A stretch of 64,000 bases of DNA, from NCBI RefSeq assembly GCF_009914755.1, contig NC_060948.1, one strand, 5' to 3'. The notes under the pieces were generated by a model. The model was not told the DNA's origin and did not search any database. It saw only the letters and a program-made list of their open reading frames with translations. Origin of the DNA: the human T2T-CHM13v2.0 reference genome, Homo sapiens. The position numbers and the translations under genes are program-made. Below, piece by piece: positions 46,201 to 61,200 of this stretch (position 1 is the first letter of the stretch; every line of letters starts with the position of its first letter).

Positions 46201-49200
46201 GTCATAGAATGTAATGGAATGCAAAAAAATGGACTCCAAAGTCATTGACTGGAAAGGCTGGGTGTCGAAAGGAATTGACTCCAATGGAATGGAATCGAAT
46301 GGAATGGAAGTGAATAGAATCGAACTAAATCGAATGGAATGGAATTGATAGGAACGGAATGGAAAGGAATGCAATGATTTGGCATGGAATGGAATCGAAT
46401 GGCATCGAATGGAATGGAATGGAATGCAATGGAATGGAATGTATTAGAATGTAATGAACTTTAATGGAATGTACTCGAATGGATTCGACTGGAATGGAAT
46501 GTTCTGGAAGTGAATGGACTCCAATGGAATGGATTCGAAAGGAATGGAATCGAACGGAATGGAATCTAATGGACTGGAATTAAATGGAAATAAATCAAAT
46601 TGAATAGCACGGAATTGAATTGAATGGAATCGAATGCAATGGAATCTCATGAAACGGAAAGGAAAGGAATGGAATGGAATGGAATGGGCTGGAATGGAAT
46701 GGAATCGAAACGAATGGAATGGAATCGAACTGAAGAGACTGGAATGGAATGCACTGGATTGGAAGGGAGTGTAATGGAAGGTTCTCGAAAAAAATGGAAT
46801 CGAATGGAATGGAATTGAATGGAACGGAATAGAGTCGAATGGAATTCAATGGAATCGAATGGACTAGAGTGAAATGGAATCGAACCACAAGGAATGGACA
46901 GGAATAGAATGGTCTCGAATTGAATGGAATCGTATGGAATGGCATCAAACGGAATGGAATGGACAGCCACGGAATGGAATGCACTCGAATGCAATGGAGT
47001 CGAAACTAATGGAATGGAATAGAATGGACTCGACTGGTACGGACTCCAATGGAATGGAATCGAATGGAATGGAATCGAACGGAATGGACTCGAAGGGAAA
47101 AGACTGCAATGGAAAGGTCTCCAATGGAATGGAAATTAATGGAATGGAATGGAATCGAATGAAATGGAGTCAAAAGGAATGGAATCGAATGGCAAGAAAT
47201 CGAATGTAATGGGATCGCAAGGAATTGATGTGAACGGAACGGAATGGAATGGAATCCAAAGGAATGGAATAGAATGGAATGGAATCGAATGGAAAGGACT
47301 CGAATGGAAATCACTCGAATAGAATGCAATTTAATAAAATAGGATCAAATGTAATGGAATGGAATGGAAAGGAATCGAAACGAAAGGAATGGAGACAGAT
47401 GGAATGGAATGGAACAGAGAGCAATGGTATAGAATGGAATGGAATCATCTGGAATGGAATTGAATGGAATGGAATAACATGAAATGGAATGGAATGGAAT
47501 GGAATGCCCTTGAATTAAATGGACTGGAATGGAATGGACTCGAACAGAGTGGAATGGAAAGTGTTGAAATAGAATGGAATGGACTCCTTTGGAATGGTCT
47601 AGTATGCAATGCAATCGACTGGCAGGGAATCAAAAGGAATGTAATCGAATGGATTGGACTGGAATGCAATGGACTCGAATAGATTGGAAACGGAATGCAA
47701 AGGAATGGAATGGAATAGTATGGAATGGAATGGAAAGGAATGGAGTGGAATAGACTAGAGTGGAATGGAATGGACTCGAAAGCAATGGACTGGAATGGAA
47801 CTTTCTTGAATGGACAGGAATCAAACGGAATGGAATGCAATGCAATCAAATGTCATGGAATAAAATAGAATGAAAGAGAATCAAATGGAATTGAATCGAA
47901 TGGAATCGAATGGATTGGAAAGGAATAGAATGGAATGGAATGGAATTGACTCAAATGGAATGGACTAGAATGGAATGGATTCGAATGGAAGGCAAAGGAA
48001 TGGAATATATTGGAATGGACTGTAATGGAATGGAATGGAAGGGATTGGAATGGACTCGAATGGAATGGACTGCAATAGAAAGGATTCGAATGGAATGAAA
48101 AAGAATTGAATGGAATAGAACAGAATGGAATCAAATCGAATGAAATGGAATGGAATAGAAAGGAATGGAATGAAATGGAATGGAAAGGATTCGAATGGAA
48201 TGCAATCGAATGGAATGCAATCAAATGGAATGGAAACGAAAGGAATGGAATAAAATGGAAGAAAACTGGCAAGAAATGGAATCGAAATAAATGGAGTTTT
48301 ATGGAACGGACTCAAAAGGAATTGAATGTAATAGAATGGAGTGGAGTGGACTCGAATATAATGGACTGGAATGGAATGAAATCACATGGAATGGGAACGA
48401 ATGGAATGGAAATGAAAGGAATGGAATCGAATGGAAAGGAATCGAATGGAAGGGAATGAAATTGAATCAACAGGAATGGAAGGGAATAGAATAGACGGTA
48501 ATGGAATGGACTCGAATAGAATGGACACGAATGCTCATATTGAATGGACTCGAGTGGAATGGAAATGAAAGGAATGTCATCGGATGGAATTGAATCGATT
48601 GGAATGAAATCGCATAGGATGGAGTGGAATCAAATGGAATTGAATCGAAAGGAAAGGAAGCGAATGGACTGAAATGAAATGGAATGGAATTGAATGGAAA
48701 GTAATGCAATGGAATAGAATGGAACGAAATTTCACGGAATGGAATCAAACTGAATGGAATCAAATCAATGGAATCTAATCAAATGGAATGGAAAGGAATT
48801 GAATGGAGTAGATGGGATTAGATGGGATTGGAATGAAATGTACTGGAAAGGACTCGAATTTCATGAAACGGAATGGAATGAATTGGAACACAATGGACTC
48901 GAATGGAATGGAATGTCATGGAATGGCATCAAATGGAATGGCATCAAATGGAATGGAATCGAATGCAATGGAATGCTATGGAATGGAATGGAATGCATTG
49001 GAATGGAATGTCCTCTAATGGAATGGATTCGAGTGGAATGGAATCGAACATAATGGAGTCGAATGAAATGGAATTGAAAGGAATGGGATCGAATACAATG
49101 GAATATACTGGAATGTAACGTAATGAACTCGAATGTAATTGACTGGAATGGAATGTACATGAATGGAATGTAATCGAATGGAAAGTAATCCAATGGAATA

Positions 49201-52200
49201 GAATCTAATGCAATAAAATCGACTCAAATAGAATAAAATGTAATGGAATGGAGTGCAGTGCAATGGAATGGAATGGAATGGAATGCAATGTAATGGAATG
49301 TAATGGAATGGAATGGAATGGGATGGAATGGTATGGAATGGATAGTAATGGACTGGAGTGAAATGGACTGGAAAGGAATGGACTCAAATTGAAAGGGCTC
49401 GAAAGGAATGGAGTCAAATGGAATGGTCTGGAATGGAATGAACACGAATGTAATGCAATCCAATAGAATGGAATCGAATGGCATGGAATATAAAGAAATG
49501 GAATCGAAGAGAATGGAAACAAATGGAATGGAATTGAATGGAATGGAATTGAATGGAATGGGAACGAATGGAGTGAAATTGTATGCAGTAGAAGAGAATA
49601 GAATGGAATGTAAGCGAAAGGAAAGGAATGGATTGGAATGGAATGGAATTCATTGGAATGGAAGGGAATGTAGTGTAATGGACAGGCCTGGAATAAAGTG
49701 GAATGCTACGGTCTCGAATGGAATAAAAAGATATGGAATGGAATGCAATGAAACGGAATCGAATGTCATAGAATGTAATGGAATGCAAAAAAATGGACTC
49801 CAAAGTCATTGACTGGAAAGGCTGGGTGTCGAAAGGAATTGACTCCAATGGAATGGAATCGAATGGAATGGAAGTGAATAGAATCGAACTAAATCGAATG
49901 GAATGGAATTGATAGGAACGGAATGGAAAGGAATGCAATGATTTGGCATGGAATGGAATCGAATGGCATCGAATGGAATGGAATGGAATGCAATGGAATG
50001 GAATGTATTAGAATGTAATGAACTTTAATGGAATGTACTCGAATGGATTCGACTGGAATGGAATGTTCTGGAAGTGAATGGACTCCAATGGAATGGATTC
50101 GAAAGGAATGGAATCGAACGGAATGGAATCTAATGGACTGGAATTAAATGGAAATAAATCAAATTGAATAGCACGGAATTGAATTGAATGGAATGGAATG
50201 CAATGGAATCTCATGAAACGGAAAGGAAAGGAATGGAATGGAATGGAATGGGCTGGAATGGAATGGAATCGAAACGAATGGAATGGAATCGAACTGAAGA
50301 GACTGGAATGGAATGCACTGGATTGGAAGGGAGTGTAATGGAAGGTTCTCGAAAAAAATGGAATCGAATGGAATGGAATTGAATGGAACGGAATAGAGTC
50401 GAATGGAATTCAATGGAATCGAATGGACTAGAGTGAAATGGAATCGAACCACAAGGAATGGACAGGAATAGAATGGTCTCGAATTGAATGGAATCGTATG
50501 GAATGGCATCAAACGGAATGGAATGGACAGCCACGGAATGGAATGCACTCGAATGCAATGGAGTCGAAACTAATGGAATGGAATAGAATGGACTCGACTG
50601 GTACGGACTCCAATGGAATGGAATCGAATGGAATGGAATCGAACGGAATGGACTCGAAGGGAAAAGACTGCAATGGAAAGGTCTCCAATGGAATGGAAAT
50701 TAATGGAATGGAATGGAATCGAATGAAATGGAGTCAAAAGGAATGGAATCGAATGGCAAGAAATCGAATGTAATGGGATCGCAAGGAATTGATGTGAACG
50801 GAACGGAATGGAATGGAATCCAAAGGAATGGAATAGAATGGAATGGAATCGAATGGAAAGGACTCGAATGGAAATCACTCGAATAGAATGCAATTTAATA
50901 AAATAGGATCAAATGTAATGGAATGGAATGGAAAGGAATCGAAACGAAAGGAATGGAGACAGATGGAATGGAATGGAACAGAGAGCAATGGTATAGAATG
51001 GAATGGAATCATCTGGAATGGAATTGAATGGAATGGAATAACATGAAATGGAATGGAATGGAATGGAATGCCCTTGAATTAAATGGACTGGAATGGAATG
51101 GACTCGAACAGAGTGGAATGGAAAGTGTTGAAATAGAATGGAATGGACTCCTTTGGAATGGTCTAGTATGCAATGCAATCGACTGGCAGGGAATCAAAAG
51201 GAATGTAATCGAATGGATTGGACTGGAATGCAATGGACTCGAATAGATTGGAAACGGAATGCAAAGGAATGGAATGGAATAGTATGGAATGGAATGGAAA
51301 GGAATGGAGTGGAATAGACTAGAGTGGAATGGAATGGACTCGAAAGCAATGGACTGGAATGGAACTTTCTTGAATGGACAGGAATCAAACGGAATGGAAT
51401 GCAATGCAATCAAATGTCATGGAATAAAATAGAATGAAAGAGAATCAAATGGAATTGAATCGAATGGAATCGAATGGATTGGAAAGGAATAGAATGGAAT
51501 GGAATGGAATTGACTCAAATGGAATGGACTAGAATGGAATGGATTCGAATGGAAGGCAAAGGAATGGAATCTATTGGAATGGACTGTAATGGAATGGAAT
51601 GGAAGGGATTGGAATGGACTCGAATGGAATGGACTGCAATAGAAAGGATTCGAATGGAATGAAAAAGAATTGAATGGAATAGAACAGAATGGAATCAAAT
51701 CGAATGAAATGGAATGGAATAGAAAGGAATGGAATGAAATGGAATGGAAAGGATTCGAATGGAATGCAATCGAATGGAATGCAATCAAATGGAATGGAAA
51801 CGAAAGGAATGGAATAAAATGGAAGAAAACTGGCAAGAAATGGAATCGAAATAAATGGAGTTTTATGGAACGGACTCAAAAGGAATTGAATGTAATAGAA
51901 TGGAGTGGAGTGGACTCGAATATAATGGACTGGAATGGAATGAAATCACATGGAATGGGAACGAATGGAATGGAAATGAAAGGAATGGAATCGAATGGAA
52001 AGGAATCGAATGGAAGGGAATGAAATTGAATCAACAGGAATGGAAGGGAATAGAATAGACGGTAATGGAATGGACTCGAATAGAATGGACACGAATGCTC
52101 ATATTGAATGGACTCGAGTGGAATGGAAACGAAAGGAATGTCATCGGATGGAATTGAATCGATTGGAATGAAATCGCATAGGATGGAGTGGAATCAAATG

Positions 52201-55200
52201 GAATTGAATCGAAAGGAAAGGAAGCGAATGGACTGAAATGAAATGGAATGGAATTGAATGGAAAGTAATGCAATGGAATAGAATGGAACGAAATTTCACG
52301 GAATGGAATCAAACTGAATGGAATCAAATCAATGGAATCTAATCAAATGGAATGGAAAGGAATTGAATGGAGTAGATGGGATTAGATGGGATTGGAATGA
52401 AATGTACTGGAAAGGACTCGAATTTCATGAAACGGAATGGAATGAATTGGAACACAATGGACTCGAATGGAATGGAATGTCATGGAATGGCATCAAATGG
52501 AATGGCATCAAATGGAATGGAATCGAATGCAATGGAATGCTATGGAATGGAATGGAATGCATTGGAATGGAATGTCCTCTAATGGAATGGATTCGAGTGG
52601 AATGGAATCGAACATAATGGAGTCGAATGAAATGGAATTGAAAGGAATGGGATCGAATACAATGGAATATACTGGAATGTAACGTAATGAACTCGAATGT
52701 AATTGACTGGAATGGAATGTACATGAATGGAATGTAATCGAATGGAAAGTAATCCAATGGAATAGAATCTAATGCAATAAAATCGACTCAAATAGAATAA
52801 AATGTAATGGAATGGAGTGCAGTGCAATGGAATGGAATGGAATGGAATGCAATGGAATGGAATGTAATGGAATGGAATGGAATGGGATGGAATGGTATGG
52901 AATGGATAGTAATGGACTGGAGTGAAATGGACTGGAAAGGAATGGACTCAAATTGAAAGGGCTCGAAAGGAATGGAGTCAAATGGAATGGTCTGGAATGG
53001 AATGAACACGAATGTAATGCAATCCAATAGAATGGAATCGAATGGCATGGAATATAAAGAAATGGAATCGAAGAGAATGGAAACAAATGGAATGGAATTG
53101 AGTGGAATGGAATTGAATGGAATGGGAACGAATGGAGTGAAATTGTATGCAGTAGAAGAGAATAGAATGGAATGCAAGCGAAAGGAAAGGAATGGATTGG
53201 AATGGAATGGAATTCATTGGAATGGAAGGGAATGTAGTGTAATGGACAGGCCTGGAATAAAGTGGAATGCTACGGTCTCGAATGGAATAAAAATGTATGG
53301 AATGGAATGCAATGAAACGGAATCGAATGTCATAGAATGTAAGGGAATGCAAAAAAATGGACTCCAAAGTCATTCACTGGAAAGGCTGGGTGTCGAAAGG
53401 AATTGACTCCAATGGAATGGAATCGAATGGAATGGAAGTGAATAGAATCGAACTAAATCGAATGGAATGGAATTGATAGGAACGGAATGGAAAGGAATGC
53501 AATGATTTGGCATGGAATGGAATCGAATGGCATCGAATGGAATGGAATGGAATGCAATGGAATGGAATGTATTAGAATGTAATGAACTTTAATGGAATGT
53601 ACTCGAATGGATTCGACTGGAATGGAATGTTCTGGAAGTGAATGGACTCCAAAGGAATGGATTCGAAAGGAATGGAATCGAACGGAATGCAATCTAATGG
53701 ACTGGAATTAAATGGAAATGAATCAAATTGAATAGCAAGGAATTGAATTGAATGGAATCGAATGCAATGGAATCTAATGAAACGGAAAGGAAAGGAATGG
53801 AATGGAATGGAATGGGCTGGAATGGAATGGAATCGAAACGAATGGAATGGAATCGAACTGAAGAGACTGGAATGGAATACACTGGAATGGAAGGGAGTGT
53901 AATGGAAGGTTCTCGAAAAAAATGGAATCGAATGGAATGGAATTGAATGGAACGGAATAGAGTCGAATGGAATTCAATGGAATGGAATGGACTAGAGTGA
54001 AATGGAATCGAACCACAAGGAATGGACAGGAATAGAACGGTATCGAATTGAATGGAATCGTATGGAATGGCATCAAACGGAATGGAATGGACAGCCACGG
54101 AATGGAATGCACTCGAATGCAATGGAGTCGAAACTAATGGACTGGAATAGAATGGACTCGACTGGTACGGACTGCAATGGAATGGAATCGAATGGAAGGG
54201 AATCGAACGGAATGGACTCGAAGGGAAAAGACTGCAATGGAAAGGTCTCGAATGGAATGGAAATTAATGGAATGGAATGGAATCGAATGAAATGGAGTCA
54301 AAATGAATGGAATCGAATGGCAAGGAATCGAATGTAATGGAATCGCAAGAAATTGATGTGAACGGAACGGAATGGAATGGAATCCAAAGGAATGGAATAG
54401 AATGGAATGGAATCGAATGGAAAGGACTCGAATGGAAATCACTCGAATAGAATGCAATTTAATAAAATAGGATCAAATGTAATGGAATGGAATGGAAAGG
54501 AATCGAAACGAAAGGAATGGAGACAGATGGAATGGAATGGAACAGAGAGCAATGGTATAGAATGGAATGGAATCATCTGGAATGGAATTGAATGGAATGG
54601 AATAATATGAAATGGAATGGAATGGAATGGAATGGAATGCCCTTGAATTAAATGGACTGGAATGGAATGGACTCGAACAGAGTGGAATGGAAAGTGTTGA
54701 GATAGAATGGAATGGACTCCTTTGGAATGGTGTAGTATGCAATGCAATCGACTGGCAGGGAATCAAAAGGAATGTAATGGAATGGACTGGACTGGAATGC
54801 AATGGACTCGAATAGATTGGAAACGGAATGCAAAGGAATGGAATGGAATAGTATGGAATGGAATGGAAAGGAATGGAGTGGAATAGACTAGAGTGGAATG
54901 GAATGGACTGGAAAGCAATGGACTGGAATGGAACTTTCTTGAATGGACTGGAATCAAACGGAATGGAATGCAATGCAATCAAATGGCATGGAATAAAATA
55001 GAATGAAAGAGAATCAAATGGAATTGAATCGAATGGAATCGAATGGATTGGAAAGGAATAGAATGGAATGGAATGGAATTGACTCAAATGGAATGGACTA
55101 GAATGGAATGGATTCGAATGGAAGGCAAAGGAATGGAATCTATTGGAATGGACTGTAATGGAATGGAATGGAAGGGATTGGAATGGACTCGAATGGAATG

Positions 55201-58200
55201 GACTGCAATAGAAAGGATTCGAATGGAATGAAAAAGAATTGAATGGAATAGAACAGAATGGAATCAAATCGAATGAAATGGAATGGAATAGAAAGGAATG
55301 GAATGAAATGGAATGGAAAGGATTCGAATGGAATGCAATCGAATGGAATGGAATCGAACGGAATGGAATAAAATGGAAGAAAACTGGCAAGAAATGGAAT
55401 CGAAATGAATGGAGTGTTATGGAACGGACTCAAAAGGAATTGAATGTAATAGAATGGAGTGGAGTGGACTCGAATATAATGGACTGGAATGGAATGAAAT
55501 CACATGGAATGGGAACGAATGGAATGGAATGGAAAGGAATGGAATCAAATGGAAAGGAATCGAATGGAAGGGAATGCAATTGAATCAACAGGAATGGAAG
55601 AGAATAGAATAGACGGTAATGGAATGGACTCGAATAGAATGGACACGAATGCTCAAATTGAATGGACTCGAATGGAATGGAAACGAAAGGAATGTCATCG
55701 AATGGAATTGAATCGATTGGAATGAAATCGCATAGAATGGAGTGGAATCAAATGGAATTGAATCGAAAGGAAAGGAAGCCAATGGACTGAAATGAAATGG
55801 AATGGAATTGAATGGAAAGTAATGCAATGGAATAGAATGGAACGAAATTTCACGGAATGGAATCAAACTGAATGGAATCAAATCAATGGAATCAAATCAA
55901 ATGGAATGGAAAGGAATTTAGTGGAGTAGATTGGATTGGATGGGATTGGAATGAAATGTACTGGAAAGGACTCGAATTTCATGAAACGGAATGGAATGAA
56001 TTGGAACGGAATGGACTCGAATGGAATGGAATGTCATGGAATGGCATCAAATGGAATGGCATCAAATGGAATGGAATCGAATGCAATGGAATGCTATGGA
56101 ATGGAATAGAATGCATTGGAATGGAATGTCCTCTAATGGAATGGATTCGAGTGGAATGGAATCGAATATAATGGAGTCGAATGAAATGGAATTGAAAGGA
56201 ATGGGATCGAATACAATGGAATATAATGGAATGTAATGTAATGAACTCGAATGTAATTGACTGGAATGGAATGTACATGAATGGAATGTAATCGAATGGA
56301 AAGTAATCCAATGGAATAGAATCTAATGCAATAAAATCGAGCAGATAGAGTAGAATGTAATGGAATGGAGTGCAGTGCAATGGAATGGATTGGAATGGAA
56401 TGCAATGGAATGGAATGGAATGGAATGGAATGGAATGGAATGGGATGGAATGGGATGGAATGGTATGGAATGGATAGTAATGGACTGGAGTGAAATGGAC
56501 TGGAAAGGAATGGACTCAAATTGAAAGGGCTCGAAAGGAATGGAGTCAAATGTAATGGTCTGGAATGGAATGAACACGAATGTAATGCAATCCAATAGAA
56601 TGGAATCGAATGGCATGGAATATAAAGAAATGGAATCGAAGAGAATGGAAACAAATGGAATGGAATTGAATGGAATGGAATTGAATGGAATGGGAAGGAA
56701 TGGAGTGAAATTGTATGCAGTAGAAGAGAATAGAATGGAATGCAAGCGAAAGGAAAGGAATGGATTGGAATGGAATGGAACTCATTGGAATGGAAGGGAA
56801 TGTAGTGTAATGGACAGGCCTGGAATAAAGTGGAAAGCTACGGTCTCGAATGGAATAAAAATATATGGAATGGCATGCAATGAAACGGAATCGAATGTCA
56901 TAGAATGCAATGGAATGCAAAAACATGGAATCCAAAATCATTGACTGGAAAGGCTGGGTGTCGAAAGGAATTGACTCCAATGGAATGGAATCGAATGGAA
57001 TGGAAGTGAATAGAATCGAACTAAATCGAATGGAATGGAATTGATAGGAACGGAATGGAAAGGAATGCAATGATTTGGCATGGAATGGAATCGAATGGCA
57101 TCGAATGGAATGGAATGGAATGCAATGGAATGGAATGTATTAGAATGTAATGAACTTTAATGGAATGTACTCGAATGGATTCGACTGGAATGGAATGTTC
57201 TGGAAGTGAATGGACTCCAATGGAATGGATTCAAAAGGAATGGAATCGTACGGAATGGAATCTAATGGAATGGAATTAAATGGAAATGAATCAAATTGAA
57301 TAGCACGGAATTGAATTGAATGGAATCGAATGCAATGGAATCTAATGAAACGGAAAGGAAAGGAATGGAATGGAATGGAATGGGCTGGAATGGAAAGGAA
57401 TCGAAACGAATGGAATGGAATCGAACTGAAGAGACTGGAATGGAATGCACTGGAATGGAAGGGAGTGTAATGGAAGGTTCTCGAAAAAAATGGAATCGAA
57501 TGGAATGGAATTGAATGGAACGGAATAGAGTCGAATGGAATTGAATGGAATGGAATGGACTAGAGTGAAATGGAATCGAACCACAAGGAATGGACAGGAA
57601 TAGAATGGTCTCGAATTGAATGGAATCGTATGGAATGCAATCAAACGGAATGGAATGGACAGCCACGGAATGGAATGCACTCGAATGCAATGGAGTCGAA
57701 ACTAATGGACTGGAATAGAATGGACTCGACTGGTACGGACTCCAATGGAATGGAATCGAATGGAAGGGAATCGAACGGAATGGACTCGAAGGGAAAAGAC
57801 TGCAATGGAAAGGTCTCGAATGGAATGGAAATTAATGGAATGGAATGGAATCGAATGAAATGGAGTCAAAAGGAATGGAATCGAATGGCAAGAAATCGAA
57901 TGTAATGGAATCGCAAGGAATTGATGTGAACGGAACGGAATGGAATGGAATCCAAAGGAATGGAATAGAATGGAATGGAATCGAATGGAAAGGACTCGAA
58001 TGGAAATCACTCGAATAGAATGCAATTTAATAAAATAGGATCAAATGTAATGGAATGGAATGGAAAGGAATCGAAACGAAAGGAATGGAGACAGATGGAA
58101 TGGAATGGAACAGAGAGCAATGGTATAGAATGGAACGGAATCATCTGGAATGGAATTGAATGGAATGGAATAATATGAAATGGAATGGAATGGAATGGAA

Positions 58201-61200
58201 TGGAATGCCCTTGAATTAAATGGACTGGAATGGAATGGACTCGAACAGAGTGGAATGGAAAGTGTTGAGATAGAATGGAATGGACTCCTTTGGAATGGTG
58301 TAGTATGCAATGCAATCGACTGGCAGGGAATCAAAAGGAATGTAATCGAATGGATTGGACTGGAATGCAATGGACTCGAATAGATTGCAAACGGAATGCA
58401 AAGGAATGGAATGGAATAGTATGGAATGGAATGGAAAGGAATGGAGTGGAATAGACTAGAGTGGAATGGAATGGACTGGAAAGCAATGGACTGGAATGGA
58501 ACTTTCTTGAATGGACTGGAATCAAACGGAATGGAATGCAATGCAATCAAATGGCATGGAATAAAATAGAATGAAAGAGAATCAAATGGAATTGAATCGA
58601 ATGGAATCGAATGGATTGGAAAGGAATAGAATGGAATGGAATGGAATTGACTCAAATGGAATGGACTAGAATGGAATGGATTCGAATGGAAGGCAAAGGA
58701 ATGGAATCTATTGGAATGGACTGTAATGGAATGGAATGGAAGGGATTGGAATGGACTCGAATGGAATGGACTGCAATAGAAAGGATTCGAATGGAATGAA
58801 AAAGAATTGAATGGAATAGAACAGAATGGAATCAAATCGAATGAAATGGAATGGAATAGAAAGGAATGGAATGAAATGGAATGGAAAGGATTCGAATGGA
58901 ATGCAATCGAATGGAATGGAATCGAACGGAATGGAATAAAATGGAAGAAAACTGGCAAGAAATGGAATCGAAATGAATGGAGTGTTATGGAACGGACTCA
59001 AAAGGAATTGAATGTAATAGAATGGAGTGGAGTGGACTCGAATATAATGGACTGGAATGGAATGAAATCACATGGAATGGGAACGAATGGAATGGAATGG
59101 AAAGGAATGGAATCGAATGGAAAGGAATCGAATGGAAGGGAATGAAATTGAATCAACAGGAATGGAAGAGAATAGAATAGACGGTAATGGAATGGACTCG
59201 AATAGAATGGACACGAATGCTCAAATTGAATGGACTCGAATGGAATGGAAACGAAAGGAATGTCATCGAATGGAATTGAATCGATTGGAATGAAATCGCA
59301 TAGAATGGAGTGGAATCAAATGGAATTGAATCGAAAGGAAAGGAAGCCAATGGACTGAAATGAAATGGAATGGAATTGAATGGAAAGTAATGCAATGGAA
59401 TAGAATGGAACGAAATTTCACGGAATGGAATCAAACTGAATGGAATCAAATCAATGGAATCAAATCAAATGGAATGGAAAGGAATTGAATGGAGTAGATT
59501 GGATTGGATGGGATTGGAATGAAATGTACTGGAAAGGACTCGAATTTCATGAAACGGAATGGAATGAATTGGAACGGAATGGACTCGAATGGAATGGAAT
59601 GTCATGGAATGGCATCAAATGGAATGGCATCAAATGGAATGGAATCGAATGCAATGGAATGCTATGGAATGGAATGGAATGCATTGGAATGGAATGTCCT
59701 CTAATGGAATGGATTCGAGTGGAATGGAATCGAATATAATGGAGTCGAATGAAATGGAATTGAAAGGAGTGGGATCGAATACAACGGAATATACTGGAAT
59801 GTAATGTAATGAACTCGAATGTAATTGACTGGAATGGAATGTACATGAATGGAATGTAATCGAATGGAAAGTAATCCAATGGAATAGAATCTAATGCAAT
59901 AAAATCGACTCAGATAGAGTAGAATGTAATGGAATGGAGTGCAGTGCAATGGAATGGATTGGAATGGAATGCAATGGAATGGAATGGAATGGAATGGAAT
60001 GGAATGGAATGGGATGGAATGGGATGGAATGGTATGGAATGGATAGTAATGGACTGGAGTGAAATGGACTGGAAAGGAATGGACTCAAATTGAAAGGGCT
60101 CGAAAGGAATGGAGTCAAATGTAATGGTCTGGAATGGAATGAACACGAATGTAATGCAATCCAATAGAATGGAATCGAATGGCATGGAATATAAAGAAAT
60201 GGAATCGAAGAGAATGGAAACAAATGGAATGGAATTGAATGGAATGGAATTGAATGGAATGGGAACGAATGGAGTGAAATTGTATGCAGTAGAAGGGAAT
60301 AGAATGGAATGCAAGCGAAAGGAAAGGAATGGATTGGAATGGAATGGAACTCATTGGAATGGAAGGGAATGTAGTGTAATGGACAGGCCTGGAATAAAGT
60401 GGAAAGCTACGGTCTCGAATGGAATAAAAATATATGGAATGGAATGCAATGAAACGGAATCGAATGTCATAGAATGTAATGGAATGCAAAAAAATGGAAT
60501 CCAAAATCATTGACTGGAAAGGCTGGGTGTCGAAAGGAATTGACTCCAATGGAATGGAATCGAATGGAATGGAAGTGAATAGAATCGAACTAAATCGAAT
60601 GGAATGGAATTGATAGGAACGGAATGGAAAGGAATGCAATGATTTGGCATGGAATGGAATCGAATGGCATCGAATGGAATGGAATGGAATGCAATGGAAT
60701 GGAATGTATTAGAATGTAATGAACTTTAATGGAATGTACTCGAATGGATTCGACTGGAATGGAATGTTCTGGAAGTGAATGGACTCCAATGGAATGGATT
60801 CAAAAGGAATGGAATCGTACGGAATGGAATCTAATGGAATGCAATTAAATGGAAATGAATCAAATTGAATAGCACGGAATTGAATTGAATGGAATGGAAT
60901 GCAATGGAATCTAATGAAACGGAAAGGAAAGGAATGGAATGGAATGGAATGGGCTGGAATGGAAAGGAATCGAAACGAATGGAATGGAATCGAACTGAAG
61001 AGACTGGAATGGAATGCACTGGAATGGAAGGGAGTGTAATGGAAGGTTCTCGAAAAAAATGGAATCGAATGGAATGGAATTGAATGGAACGGAATAGAGT
61101 CGAATGGAATTGAATGGAATGGAATGGACTAGAGTGAAATGGAATCGAACCACAAGGAATGGACAGGAATAGAATGGTCTCGAATTGAATGGAATCGTAT

